Source of the DNA: Methanobacteriota archaeon
GTDB taxonomy: Archaea > JAADCQ01 > Methanopyri > Methanopyrales > Methanopyraceae
Direction of reading: 5' to 3'
Assembly: GCA_027064425.1 (NCBI GenBank)
Contig: JAMOPO010000029.1
Coordinates: 1 to 42,185 of the forward strand
Length of the DNA: 42,185 nt
The stretch's first letter is position 1, and every line of letters starts with the position of its first letter. Of this stretch, positions 28,245 to 37,451 are shown piece after piece. The notes under the pieces are model-generated. The model was given only the letters and a program-made list of their open reading frames with translations, was not told the origin of the DNA and made no database searches. The translations under genes and the position numbers were made by a program.

Positions 28245-29147
28245 GTGGAGGAGTTCCGGTGGCGGCCTGAAGGGTTCGAGTGCGTGCTCTCGCACTTCGA
28301 GGCGGAGCGGCTGCTGGAGGCGGTTGAGTCGGGGGAGGACCGGGTTCGGGTCCCGCTGGATCTGGGTCGGGAGGAGGGCTCGGTCTCGGTGGAGGGAGAT
28401 GGGGTTCGGGTGCGCGGGGTGTGGGTGTCTCGGGAGGAGCTGGAGCGGATGGTGGAGTGGGAGGGGGCGTACGGGCTCTCGAAGGAGGGCGTCTTCCGGC
28501 TGGAGATTCGGGCGGAGCATTACTACAAGCTGCTGCCCGTGAGGCCGGGCGAGGCGCCGACGGTGGAGATCGATGGGATTCGGATGCATCGGACGAAGTG
28601 GACGGACCCGTGGACGGACGCGGGCGTGAAGGTGCGGTACGCGCGGGTGGGTGCGGGGGATCGGGTGCTGGACGTGTGCACGGGGTTGGGCTACACGGCG
28701 ATCCGGGCGGTGGAGCGCGGGGCTGAGGTGGTCTCGGTGGAGAAGGATCTGAACGTGCTCCGGCTCAGCCGGGCTAACCCGTGGTCGGAGGGGTTGCGGG
28801 AGGTTCGGGTGTTGGTTGGGCGGGCGGAGGAGGTGGTGCCGGAGTTTGGGCGCTGCGAGTTCGACGCGGTGGTGCACGATCCGCCCCGGATGGCGCGGGC
28901 GGGTGAGCTGTACTCGCGGGAGTTTTACCGGGAGCTGCTCCGGGTGATGGCGCCGGGCGCGCGGCTGGTGCACTACGTGGGGGCGCCGGGGAGCCGGTAT
29001 CGGGGTAAAGACATAATCAGGGGCGTGGCGAGGCGGCTCGCGGAGGTGGGGTTCGAGGTGGTGCGGGTGGACCGGAAGTGGGGGCTCGTCATCGCTGAGA
29101 GACCCAGCGGCGGAGGGCGGGCTCGGGGACGAAGATCCCGCCCTTGA
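28245..29147 (+). CDS. Archaeal SAM-dependent methyltransferase (COG2521-like)
   Basis: PTVEIDGIRMH, VLDVCTGLGYTA, NPWS, HDPPR...GELYS. Confidence 0.9.
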   Translation: MEEFRWRPEGFECVLSHFEAERLLEAVESGEDRVRVPLDLGREEGSVSVEGDGVRVRGVWVSREELERMVEWEGAYGLSKEGVFRLEIRAEHYYKLLPVRPGEAPTVEIDGIRMHRTKWTDPWTDAGVKVRYARVGAGDRVLDVCTGLGYTAIRAVERGAEVVSVEKDLNVLRLSRANPWSEGLREVRVLVGRAEEVVPEFGRCEFDAVVHDPPRMARAGELYSREFYRELLRVMAPGARLVHYVGAPGSRYRGKDIIRGVARRLAEVGFEVVRVDRKWGLVIAERPSGGGRARGRRSRP

Positions 29148-29553
29148 GCTCGGCGACGGCGGCGGAGGTCTCTCGGAGGCCGGCGTGGAAGAGGTGGGAC
29201 TCGCAGTCGCAGTCGGAGCAGCCGAACCCGGGGACGCCGGGAGCGCGGCGGGAGAGGGACCTCGCCAGCTCGCACTCGGCGTCGTAGGGCAGGAGCCAGG
29301 CGCCCTTGATCCTCGGTCTCGTGGCGTCGAGCAGGTGGTCGATGTGCCAGTGTGGGTTCTCGGCGCCGCGCTCGGCGGTGCTGAGGTGCCGGCGCAGTCG
29401 GCCGCGCAGGTCGGTGGAGCCCCTCCCCTGGCCCGAGCCGACGTACGTCCAGTCCCCGGGCTCGAACTCCAGGGTCCCGAGGCTCCCGATCCGGACCCGG
29501 TGGCGCTCGTCCAGGTGGAAGATGAGCGCGTACGTCCCGGTGGAGGGTAGCAA
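29089..29553 (-). CDS. DUF123 GIY-YIG (Uri) nuclease-like protein
   Basis: GTY.L, IGSLG, YVGSG, R..RH, HWHID.L, GFGCSDC.C.SHL; TTG start chosen. Confidence 0.85.
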   Translation of the reverse strand: MLPSTGTYALIFHLDERHRVRIGSLGTLEFEPGDWTYVGSGQGRGSTDLRGRLRRHLSTAERGAENPHWHIDHLLDATRPRIKGAWLLPYDAECELARSLSRRAPGVPGFGCSDCDCESHLFHAGLRETSAAVAELKGGIFVPEPALRRWVSQR

Positions 29554-29566
29554 GGGGGGAGGCCCC

Positions 29567-31921
29567 CTGAGGAGGGCCGCGCTGGTTGGAGCGGTCATCG
29601 TGCTGGGGGCGGTCGCGGCGAACGCGGCGAACCTGAGTCATCCGCTGCTGAGCCGGGACTCGAGGGCTCACGTGCTCAAGATCTGGTACACGCGCGAGAT
29701 GCTCGCTCACGGCAGGTGGGACGCGTGGTGTCCGGAGTGGTACTCGGGCTTCCCGTACCTGACGTACTACGGCTCGCTGGGGTACCTGATCGGGGCGTGC
29801 GTGGACGCGGTGGTTGGCAGCCCGGTCCTCTCGTTCCTGGTCTGCCTGATCCTGGCCTCCGCTCTGGTGGGGTGGGGCGTCTACTGGGTGGTGCGGGCCC
29901 GCGGGTTTGAGCGCTGGGTCGCGGTGATCTGCGCGCTGTTGGCGCTCACCTCGGGCGGGCTGATGAAGGCCCTGAACTGGGAGGGCGTGTACCCCACGGT
30001 GCTGGCCCTGGGCTTCGGGATGCTCGCGCTGGGTACCTACGAGCGGTGGCTGCGCGGCGGGGATCGGCGCCGGCTGGCGCTCAGCACCGCGCTCCTGGTT
30101 CCGGCCTTCTACACGCACCCGCTGGGCGGGCTGCTCTCGGGCGGGTTGGTCCTCACGCGCGGGATCTTTGAGGTGGTGATGGACGCGTCCCGGCGCGAGC
30201 TGCGGTTCCTGGCGCTCTCGGTGGCGCCGGTCGTGATCGCGGGGTTGATCGCGCTCCCGCACTACGCGGCGGCGTTCTACTACAAGCGGTTCCTCTCGGA
30301 GCTTTGGCTGTACCCGCCCGGCTCGGTCGCGGGCTTGATCAAGGACCTGGCGGTGGGCGGGAAGTGGTCGCCCGGGCTGCTGGTGACCGTGCTGGGGCTG
30401 TCCGGGGTGATCCTGGGCCTGCGCCGCCGGGATCCGATCGCGCCGTTCACGCTGTTCTGGCTCGCCGTCTCGATCCTGGTGTGTTTCGCGTACGTGCTCG
30501 GGTACTGGTCGAAGATCCCGCTGGGTAGGAACATGCTGGCGGAGCGGTACACGACGGTCCTGCTGCCGCTGCTGCTGTCGGTCGCGGCCGCCCCGGTCGT
30601 GCGCTCGCTCGTCCGGACCCGGTGGGCGGTGGTGGGCGCCGGCGCGTTCCTGATCGGGCTGGGCGGCGTGGGGGCGCTCACTTACACCCCGCCGCTGCCG
30701 CCCAAGCTGTACCCGAGCGCGCTGGAGACGTGGCGGTGGGTGGGGGGCGAGTGGGGCGGTCGCTCGGCCCTGGAGCGCTGCGACGCGGACCCGTACACGC
30801 ACCTGTTCGACGCGTCGGTCCCGATCTCACCGATGTACTCGGGTCATCCCACGATCATGGGCTGGTTCTCGCAGGGTGACCCGATGTTCTTCTCCCTGGC
30901 GGCCCGGTGGGAGTGGGAGCTGGGCTGGGTGTACGATCCGAACTTCGTGAAGACGTCGCTCTGGGCGACGAACACCCGGTTCCTGGTCACGAAGTCGAGG
31001 CTGGTGGCGAAGCGGCTGATGCGCGAGCCGGACTTCGTCTACCGGGCGAAGTTCGGCCGGTTCCGGGTGTTCGAGTACCCGGGGCACGGTGGTCCCGCGG
31101 CGGTCGTCCCGCACCCGATCGGCGTGGTGGACCCGTGGCTGGGGTTGAGGACGGAGAACGCGTACTACACTACCCTGCTGAACTTCGTCGCGACGCCGGG
31201 CCGACGGTACGTGTTCGCGGACGTGACCTGGAAGGGGGCGCCGGCGTTCGACCGGCTGATCGTGCGGCCGAAGCGGGCGGAGGACGTGCGGAGGGCGGTG
31301 GAGCTGGCCCGGTCGGGTCGGAGGGTGCTGCTGATTCTCCCGGAGCGGTGCCCGAGGCCGGTGCTCGAGGCGGTGGAGCGGTCGCTCGGGGTGGACTTGG
31401 AGCGCTCTCGCCCGCCGTCGTTCGTGCCCTCGAGGCGGTTCTTGGTGGCGGTGTACCGGGTGGACGGGAGGTGGTTCAAGGACGTGCGCGCGGGCAGGGG
31501 GAAGGTGCGGGTCTGCGGGGTGGACCTGGTCCGGTTCGCGATGCGGTTCCACCGGCTGATCAAGGAGGTCCAGACGAAGGGGTACCGGATGCCGAGGCTG
31601 CCGACGGACCGGGAGCGGAGGTTCGTGAACGCGGTGCTGAAGGGGTTCGATTCGGGCGAGCCGAGGCCGGCGTGGGCTGCGTTCGTGGGCGGCCCGGAGC
31701 GGCTGAGGGTGCGGGGCTCGGGGTGGGTGTTCGTCAAGGTGAAGTACTTCCCGGCGTGGCGGTCGGGCTCGGGCCCGGTGCTGCCGGCCTCGTGCGGTCA
31801 GATGCTGGTCAAGGTGCCGGGGGAGGGGGAGCTCAGGTACGAGCTGCCGGCGGTGGTCTCGGTGTACCCGTACGCGGCGGCGGTGGTCGGCATCGTGGCG
31901 CTGGGGGCGCTGGCGCTGTGA
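29567..31921 (+). CDS. Large polytopic membrane protein (PTPS-related/GT-C glycosyltransferase-like)
   Basis: D...H, W...WYSGFP...YY motif, about ten TM helices, large soluble domain and C-terminal anchor; start uncertain. Confidence 0.75.
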   Translation: MRRAALVGAVIVLGAVAANAANLSHPLLSRDSRAHVLKIWYTREMLAHGRWDAWCPEWYSGFPYLTYYGSLGYLIGACVDAVVGSPVLSFLVCLILASALVGWGVYWVVRARGFERWVAVICALLALTSGGLMKALNWEGVYPTVLALGFGMLALGTYERWLRGGDRRRLALSTALLVPAFYTHPLGGLLSGGLVLTRGIFEVVMDASRRELRFLALSVAPVVIAGLIALPHYAAAFYYKRFLSELWLYPPGSVAGLIKDLAVGGKWSPGLLVTVLGLSGVILGLRRRDPIAPFTLFWLAVSILVCFAYVLGYWSKIPLGRNMLAERYTTVLLPLLLSVAAAPVVRSLVRTRWAVVGAGAFLIGLGGVGALTYTPPLPPKLYPSALETWRWVGGEWGGRSALERCDADPYTHLFDASVPISPMYSGHPTIMGWFSQGDPMFFSLAARWEWELGWVYDPNFVKTSLWATNTRFLVTKSRLVAKRLMREPDFVYRAKFGRFRVFEYPGHGGPAAVVPHPIGVVDPWLGLRTENAYYTTLLNFVATPGRRYVFADVTWKGAPAFDRLIVRPKRAEDVRRAVELARSGRRVLLILPERCPRPVLEAVERSLGVDLERSRPPSFVPSRRFLVAVYRVDGRWFKDVRAGRGKVRVCGVDLVRFAMRFHRLIKEVQTKGYRMPRLPTDRERRFVNAVLKGFDSGEPRPAWAAFVGGPERLRVRGSGWVFVKVKYFPAWRSGSGPVLPASCGQMLVKVPGEGELRYELPAVVSVYPYAAAVVGIVALGALAL

Positions 31922-32403
31922 GGGTGGTCAGGGTCGTCCTGGCGGTGTTAGCGGGGCTGTACGGGGTGGGCTGGGCGTCGACGGTGGTGAACTGGAGCGT
32001 GCCGCACGAGATCGTGCGGTCGAGCCCGGGGGTTTACCAGTCGACGGGTGCCACGGTGCAGGCGACGATCAACCCGTACCGGGGGAAGATCACGCTCTCG
32101 GTGGCGTACGATCCGGCGGTGATCGTGAAGCTGCCGTACCGGGGTAAGGCGGAGCGGGTCTCGGCGTCGGAGCTGCGGTTAGGCTCGGTCCGGGTGCGGG
32201 CGCTGGGGGACGCGCTGGAGATTCGGGGGCCGTGCTCGGTGCGCCCGTACGTGACGACGAGGACGGGCGAGGTGTACACCGTGGAGCTGGCGCGGCTGGG
32301 GGGTGGGTTCGTGGGGCTGAACCGGAGCGGGTACCTGGTGATCGTCACCCGGAGCGGTGCGGTCACGACGGTGCGGGTGCTGCCGCTCATTCCGTTGATC
32401 TAG
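31918..32403 (+). CDS. Hypothetical exported protein
   Basis: GTG start overlaps the upstream stop; signal-peptide-like N-terminus, beta-rich body. Confidence 0.65.
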   Translation: MRVVRVVLAVLAGLYGVGWASTVVNWSVPHEIVRSSPGVYQSTGATVQATINPYRGKITLSVAYDPAVIVKLPYRGKAERVSASELRLGSVRVRALGDALEIRGPCSVRPYVTTRTGEVYTVELARLGGGFVGLNRSGYLVIVTRSGAVTTVRVLPLIPLI

Positions 32404-32415
32404 GGGCGCGGGATC

Positions 32416-33426
32416 GTGCCTAGGCTGCCCTACGTGGCGGTGCCGAAGCGGGAGGCGGAGCGGGCGCGTCGGGCGCTGGCGCGGGAGTCGCTGCTGGTGC
32501 GGGACGTGAGGGTGCGGCGGGAGGGGGATCGGGTCCTCTTCCCGGTGGAGGACGCGGAGGAGGCGGCGCGGGTGCTGGAGCGGGAGGAGGTCCCGTTCGA
32601 GCTGGGTGAGGGCGAGTTCGAGTCGGTCTCGGGCCCGAGGAGCGTGGAGGAGGTGCTGAGGGAGCGGCTGGGCGTGTCCTGCTCGGTCCCGTACGATGTG
32701 GTGGGCGACGTGGCGGTGGTGCAGATCCCGGAGGAGCTGGAGGGGTACGAGGAGGAGGTCGGCCGGGCGATCATGGAGGTGCACAAGCGGGTGCGGGCGG
32801 TCTTCGAGCGGGGTCCGGTGCGCGGCGTCTTCCGGGTCCGGGAGCTGCGGAGGATCGCGGGTGAGGGGCCGCCGGTGACGGAGCACCGAGAGCACGGGTG
32901 CCGGTTCCGGGTGGATCTGTCCCGGTGCTACTTCAACCCGAGGCTGGCGACGGAGCGGCGCCTGCTGGCGGACGAGGTGGTGGAGGAGGGGGCCCGGGTG
33001 CTGGACATGTTCGCGGGCGTGGGCCCGATCACGGTGATCCTGAAGCGGTTCGTGCCGGGCGTGCGGGTGGTGGCGTGCGAGCTGAACCCGGTCGCGTACC
33101 GGTACCTGCTGGAGAACCTGAGGCTGAACCGGGTGTCGGCGCGGGCCTTCCTGGGCGATGCGGGGGAGGTGGTGCGGCTGCTCGGGCGGTTCGACTACGT
33201 GATCATGAACGCGCCGAAGTTCGCGCACCGGTTCCTGCGGGCGGCGGCGCGGGTCGTGCGGCCGGGCGGGCGGGTCGTGTACTACCGGATCGCGGGGTCG
33301 GTGGAGGAGGCGTTCGAGGAGGTGCGGGAGCGGCTGGGGGGCGGGGTGGAGCTGGAGTCGTGGCGGGAGGTGAAGCCGTACTCGCCGGAGGAGTCGCTGT
33401 TCCGGCTGGTGGTGCGGGTGCCTTAG
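32416..33426 (+). CDS. trm5: Trm5/Tyw2-family tRNA methyltransferase
   Basis: YDVVGDVA, G.FR.R, HREHG, YFNPRL..ER, DMFAGVGP, ELNP.A. Confidence 0.85.
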   Translation: MPRLPYVAVPKREAERARRALARESLLVRDVRVRREGDRVLFPVEDAEEAARVLEREEVPFELGEGEFESVSGPRSVEEVLRERLGVSCSVPYDVVGDVAVVQIPEELEGYEEEVGRAIMEVHKRVRAVFERGPVRGVFRVRELRRIAGEGPPVTEHREHGCRFRVDLSRCYFNPRLATERRLLADEVVEEGARVLDMFAGVGPITVILKRFVPGVRVVACELNPVAYRYLLENLRLNRVSARAFLGDAGEVVRLLGRFDYVIMNAPKFAHRFLRAAARVVRPGGRVVYYRIAGSVEEAFEEVRERLGGGVELESWREVKPYSPEESLFRLVVRVP

Positions 33427-33893
33427 CCCAGGCGCTTGCGGAGCTCGTGAAGGAGGATGGCGACGGCGCCGATCTCGCCGATGTTACCCTCGGTGGCGAT
33501 GTACACGGCCCGGTCGCCGAGCTCCAGCTCGCGCTTGCTGAGGCCGGGTCGGGCGCTGCCGAAGACGAACCAGACGTCCTTGCCCTGCTCGATGAGCTCG
33601 GCGACCTCGTCGAAGTCGAGGGGCTCGGCGCCGCCGTGCTCCCTGTCCTCGGCCATGAAGGTCACGTCGGGCTCGAGCGCCTCGAGGGCCTCCTCCAGGT
33701 CCTGGAAGAAGTGGAGCTCGGTGTCGCGCTCGAGGCAGAGGCGCTGGGCAGCGGGGACGCCCTCCTGGGCGGCGCTGCCGAGGGCGCGGGTGATAACGAG
33801 TCGTCGGGCGCCGAGGCCGGTCACGGTGCGGGCCATCTCCTCGACCTTTCGCGGGCTGTGCACGTTATGGTAAACCACGGTCACAGGAATCAC
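33423..33893 (-). CDS. SPOUT-family RNA methyltransferase-like protein (COG4080-like)
   Basis: HNV.S, GSAAQ.GVP, DL.EA.E.L.PD, FG....GLS..EL..G. Confidence 0.75.
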   Translation of the reverse strand: MIPVTVVYHNVHSPRKVEEMARTVTGLGARRLVITRALGSAAQEGVPAAQRLCLERDTELHFFQDLEEALEALEPDVTFMAEDREHGGAEPLDFDEVAELIEQGKDVWFVFGSARPGLSKRELELGDRAVYIATEGNIGEIGAVAILLHELRKRLG

Positions 33894-33945
33894 ACGGAAA
33901 CCCCCTTAGCCTGGGCGCTCAGCCCCGCTATGGGGGGCTTGGGCC

Positions 33946-34908
33946 TTGAGCGTGCGGACCCTGGCGTTGGTGGCGATCGCGGTCGTGGCGGCGATCGGTG
34001 GCGCGCTCGGGTATTATTATTACCAGCAGCGGGCGAACGTGGTCCGGATCGGGTACCAGCCCAGTGACCACCACACGGCGCTGTTCGTGGCGATGGAAAA
34101 GAAGATGCTCGAGAAAGAGGGTCTGAAGGTCGAGGTCTACGAGTTCAAGGCGGGTCCGCCGGAGACGCAGGCGCTGGCGGCGGGTAAGATCGACGTGGCG
34201 TACATCGGTTGCGTGCCGGCGATCACGGCGTACTGTAAGGGCGTGCCGATCAAGATCGTGGCGGGCGTGAACCAGGAGGGTTCGGCGATCGTCGTGCGGA
34301 AGGACGAGGCGGGCAAGGTCCACAGTCTGAAGGACCTGAAGGGCAAGCGCGTGGCGGAGCTGATGAAGGGTTCCATCCAGGACTGCATGCTGCGGACCGC
34401 GCTGCAGCGGGAGGGGCTGAACCCGGACAAGGACGTGGATATCGTGGAGATGAAGACGGCGGACGCGGTGAACGCGTTGGGCGCGAAGCGGATCGACGCG
34501 TTCATCGAGCCGGAGCCGGGTCCGACGCTGGCGGAGAAGAAGGGCTTCGGCGTCCGCCTGATGGACACGGGGCAGATCTGGCCGGGTCACCAGTGCTGCG
34601 TGCTGGTCATGCGGAAGGACTTCATCGAGCGGCACCCGGACCTGGCGAAGAAGGTCCTGCGGGCGCACGTGATGGCGACGCGGTACGTCATTGAGCACCC
34701 GGACGAGGCGGCGAGGATCGCGGCGAAGTGGCTGAAGACGTCCCCGGACGTGGAGAAGGAGGCGATGCGGCACATCAAGTTCACCGTGGACGTGAACGTG
34801 GACAGCGTGAAGATGTTCGCCCGGTTCCTGAAGCGGTTAGGGTACATCAAGCGGGAGCCGGACTGGTCCGACTTTATCGACCTGAAGCTACTCCGGCAGC
34901 TGGCCTAG
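33946..34908 (+). CDS. NitT/TauT ABC transporter substrate-binding protein
   Basis: N-terminal anchor, RIGYQPSDH, GKID.AY.G, DLKGK, HQCC. Confidence 0.92.
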   Translation: MSVRTLALVAIAVVAAIGGALGYYYYQQRANVVRIGYQPSDHHTALFVAMEKKMLEKEGLKVEVYEFKAGPPETQALAAGKIDVAYIGCVPAITAYCKGVPIKIVAGVNQEGSAIVVRKDEAGKVHSLKDLKGKRVAELMKGSIQDCMLRTALQREGLNPDKDVDIVEMKTADAVNALGAKRIDAFIEPEPGPTLAEKKGFGVRLMDTGQIWPGHQCCVLVMRKDFIERHPDLAKKVLRAHVMATRYVIEHPDEAARIAAKWLKTSPDVEKEAMRHIKFTVDVNVDSVKMFARFLKRLGYIKREPDWSDFIDLKLLRQLA

Positions 34909-34918
34909 GGGGTGCGCG

Positions 34919-35677
34919 GTGATCCTCGAGGAGGCAGACCGCCGGATCGAGCTGGCCCTGAAGGTCGGGGTGCCGGCGGCCATCCTGGGCCTCTGGGAGC
35001 TCGTGAGCCGGCTGGGGCTCGCGAACCCGGTCCTCCTCCCGCCCCCCTCCCGGGTTTTCATGGTCTTCGTGACGCACCCGGGCGAGGTGCTGAGGAACGC
35101 GGTGACGAGCCTCTACCGGGTGCTCGTCGGGTACTCGCTGGCGGCGGTGCTGGGCGTGGGGCTCGGGATCCTGGTGGGCACGTACCGGACGGCGCGATCC
35201 GCCCTGGACGTGGTGATCGAGCTCCTGCGACCGATCCCACCGATCGCGTGGATCCCGCTGGCCATCCTCTGGTTCGGCATCGGCGACCCGGCCGCCTTCT
35301 TCATCATCTTCATCGGCGCGTTCTTCCCGATCTTCCTGAACACGGTCTCCGGGATCCGTAACGTTGACCGCGTGTACGTCGAGGCGGCGCTGAACCTGGG
35401 CGCGGACGACGCGGCGCTCATCCGGCACGTGCTCGTCCCGGGCGCGATGCCCAGCATCCTCACGGGGCTCCGCGTGGGCCTCGGCATCGGCTGGATGTGC
35501 GTGGTCGCGGCGGAGATGATCGCGGCCAAGTCCGGCCTCGGCTACATGATTATAGAGGCCCAGCGGGTCCTCGCCACGGACGAGGTCATCGCCGGCATGC
35601 TCACGATCGGCGTGCTCGGGCTCCTCATGGACCGCGGCTTCAGAGCGCTCGAAGGGAGGCTGCTGCGATGGAGGTGA
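34919..35677 (+). CDS. NitT/TauT ABC permease
   Basis: LPPP, RPIPPIAWIPL, EAA..LGA, AEMI..SGLG. Confidence 0.95.
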   Translation: MILEEADRRIELALKVGVPAAILGLWELVSRLGLANPVLLPPPSRVFMVFVTHPGEVLRNAVTSLYRVLVGYSLAAVLGVGLGILVGTYRTARSALDVVIELLRPIPPIAWIPLAILWFGIGDPAAFFIIFIGAFFPIFLNTVSGIRNVDRVYVEAALNLGADDAALIRHVLVPGAMPSILTGLRVGLGIGWMCVVAAEMIAAKSGLGYMIIEAQRVLATDEVIAGMLTIGVLGLLMDRGFRALEGRLLRWR

Positions 35678-36408
35678 TCCTGGAGGTGGAGGACCTGAGG
35701 AAGAGCTACGACGACCTGCTCGTGCTCAACGGGCTCACCTTCAAGGTCGCGAAGGGCGAGTTCTTCGCGATCGTCGGGCCCAGCGGGTGCGGTAAGACCA
35801 CCCTGCTCCGGATCATCGCCGGCCTCGAGGATTACGACGAGGGCCGGGTCCTCGTGGACGGGAAGGAGGTCACGGGGCCCGGCCCCGATCGGGCCATGGT
35901 CTTCCAGGACTACGCCATCTTCCCCTGGAAGACCGTTCTCGAGAACATCATGTTCGCCCCGCTGATGCAGGGCAAGGACCGCGAGGAGGCCGAGCGGATC
36001 GCGCGCTGGTGCCTCGAGGTCGTCCCCGGGCTCGAGGGGTTCGAGGACGCGTACCCCAAGCAGCTCTCCGGCGGCATGAAGCAGCGCGTGGCCATCGCCC
36101 GCGCCCTCGCCGCCAAGCCGAAGATCCTGCTCATGGACGAGCCCTTCGCCGCCGTGGACGCGCAGACGCGCAACAAGCTGCAGGAGGAGCTCCTCAAGGT
36201 CTGGGAGAAGACCGGTCAGACCATCCTCCTGGTGACTCACAACGTCGAGGAGGCCGTCTTCCTCGCCGACCGCGTGATGGTCCTCTCACCACGGCCCGCC
36301 GAGATCGTGGACATCGTCGAGGTCGACCTGCCCCGGCCCCGTGACCGCACCGACCCCGAGTTCGTTAAAATCCGGGCCGAAATCCTCGAGATGCTCGGCG
36401 CCCGATGA
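35668..36408 (+). CDS. NitT/TauT ABC ATP-binding protein
   Basis: GPSGCGKT, LSGGMKQR, LLMDEPF, VTH. Confidence 0.96.
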   Translation: MEVILEVEDLRKSYDDLLVLNGLTFKVAKGEFFAIVGPSGCGKTTLLRIIAGLEDYDEGRVLVDGKEVTGPGPDRAMVFQDYAIFPWKTVLENIMFAPLMQGKDREEAERIARWCLEVVPGLEGFEDAYPKQLSGGMKQRVAIARALAAKPKILLMDEPFAAVDAQTRNKLQEELLKVWEKTGQTILLVTHNVEEAVFLADRVMVLSPRPAEIVDIVEVDLPRPRDRTDPEFVKIRAEILEMLGAR

Positions 36409-36453
36409 GGAGAAGAGGGTTAGCCGAGCTGTGACGAGCGTTTGCCGGCCCGA
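36402..36453 (+). ncRNA. Box C/D sRNA, probable 23S H68/H69 guide
   Basis: C CCGATGA, D' CCGA, C' GTGACGA, D CCGA. Guides are complementary to TAACCCTCTT and GCCGG(C/T)AAACG. Confidence 0.8.
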
Positions 36454-37210
36454 GGCGGACCTCTGGCGCGAGCTCGGCTGCCCCACCCTCGTCTTCAACG
36501 CGCCCATGTCCGGCCACACCGACCCCGAGTTCGCCGCCCGCGCCGAGCGGCACGGCGCCGGCATGGTCTTCCTCGGCGGCTACCCCGGCGACGAGCCCAC
36601 CTACCGCGCCTCCCGCCGCGTCGCCCGACGCCGCCCCGAGTTCGCACTACCCCCCGAGCGACTCCCGGACGAGCTCTCCCGCACCGACGTGAGCGTCCCC
36701 ATCGCCGTCAACGTCCGGATCACCGACCCCAACGCGGCCGCCGAGCTCGCCGGCGACCTCGCTGAGCTCGTCGACGTATTCGAGGTGAACGCTCACTGCC
36801 GGCAGCCCGAGATCGTCGAGGCCGGCGCCGGCGAGGCCCTGCTCGAGGAGCCCGAGCGGCTCGCCGAGCTCGTCGAGGCCGTCGCCGAGCACGACCTGCA
36901 CGTCTCCGTCAAGCTCCGCGGCCCGCACCCCGGCTACCGAGCCGCCCTCCGAGAGCTCCGCGACGCGCCCGTGGACATCCTCCACGTGGACGCGATGAAG
37001 CCCGGCGAGCCCACCTACGACCTCCGCTACGTCCGCCAGGCCGCCCGCCTGGACGCCGAGGTCATCGGCAACAACTCCGTGCGCACGCCCGAGGACGTCG
37101 ACAACATGTTCGAGGCCGGCGCCACCGCCGTGTCCGTCGGCCGGCCCCTCCTCGACGGGGACTGGGACCTCCTCGAGCGGCTCGCCGGGCACGCTAGGCT
37201 GGAGGAATGA
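36431..37210 (+). CDS. Dus/NifR3-related FMN TIM-barrel protein
   Basis: APMSG.TD..F, EVNAHCRQPE, G.G..LL, SVKLR, HVDAM, IGNNSV. Confidence 0.85.
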   Translation: MTSVCRPEADLWRELGCPTLVFNAPMSGHTDPEFAARAERHGAGMVFLGGYPGDEPTYRASRRVARRRPEFALPPERLPDELSRTDVSVPIAVNVRITDPNAAAELAGDLAELVDVFEVNAHCRQPEIVEAGAGEALLEEPERLAELVEAVAEHDLHVSVKLRGPHPGYRAALRELRDAPVDILHVDAMKPGEPTYDLRYVRQAARLDAEVIGNNSVRTPEDVDNMFEAGATAVSVGRPLLDGDWDLLERLAGHARLEE

Positions 37211-37240
37211 GGCCGCGGGGCCTCCCGATCGGCGGATCAT

Positions 37241-37259
37241 CGTTCCACGGCGTGTAACG
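37241..37259. repeat. Degenerate palindrome CGTTCCA-N5-TGTAACG
   Basis: Same 7-5-7 geometry as the other copies; abuts the tRNA-Leu promoter (CTTTATG at ~37264). Confidence 0.55.
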
Positions 37260-37300
37260 AACACTTTATGTCCAGTCCCGGACCGGCGAGGCACGGCGGC

Positions 37301-37390
37301 GCGGGGGCGCCCGAGCCTGGTCGAAGGGGCGGGACTTAAGATCCCGTGGCCGTAGGGCCGTCCCGGGTTCAAATCCCGGCCCCCGCACCA
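37301..37390 (+). tRNA. tRNA-Leu(UAA), encoded CCA, C at position 8
   Basis: Acceptor GCGGGGG/CCCCCGC, anticodon arm CGGGA-CT-TAA-GA-TCCCG, long variable arm, T loop TTCAAAT, discriminator A, then CCA. Confidence 0.97.
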
Positions 37391-37395
37391 GCCGG

Positions 37396-37417
37396 AATCG
37401 TTATGAAAATCATAACG
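37396..37417 (+). repeat. Palindrome AAT-CGTTATG-N5-CATAACG
   Basis: Perfect 7-bp arms beginning 8 nt after the tRNA-Leu CCA. Confidence 0.85.
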
Positions 37418-37451
37418 GTCGCGCCCCCGCCTCGCCCCGGCCCGCCGTCCC

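Noticed and set aside
37204-37228. Half C/D motif after the Dus-like gene
   Set aside because: No convincing C'/D pair follows.
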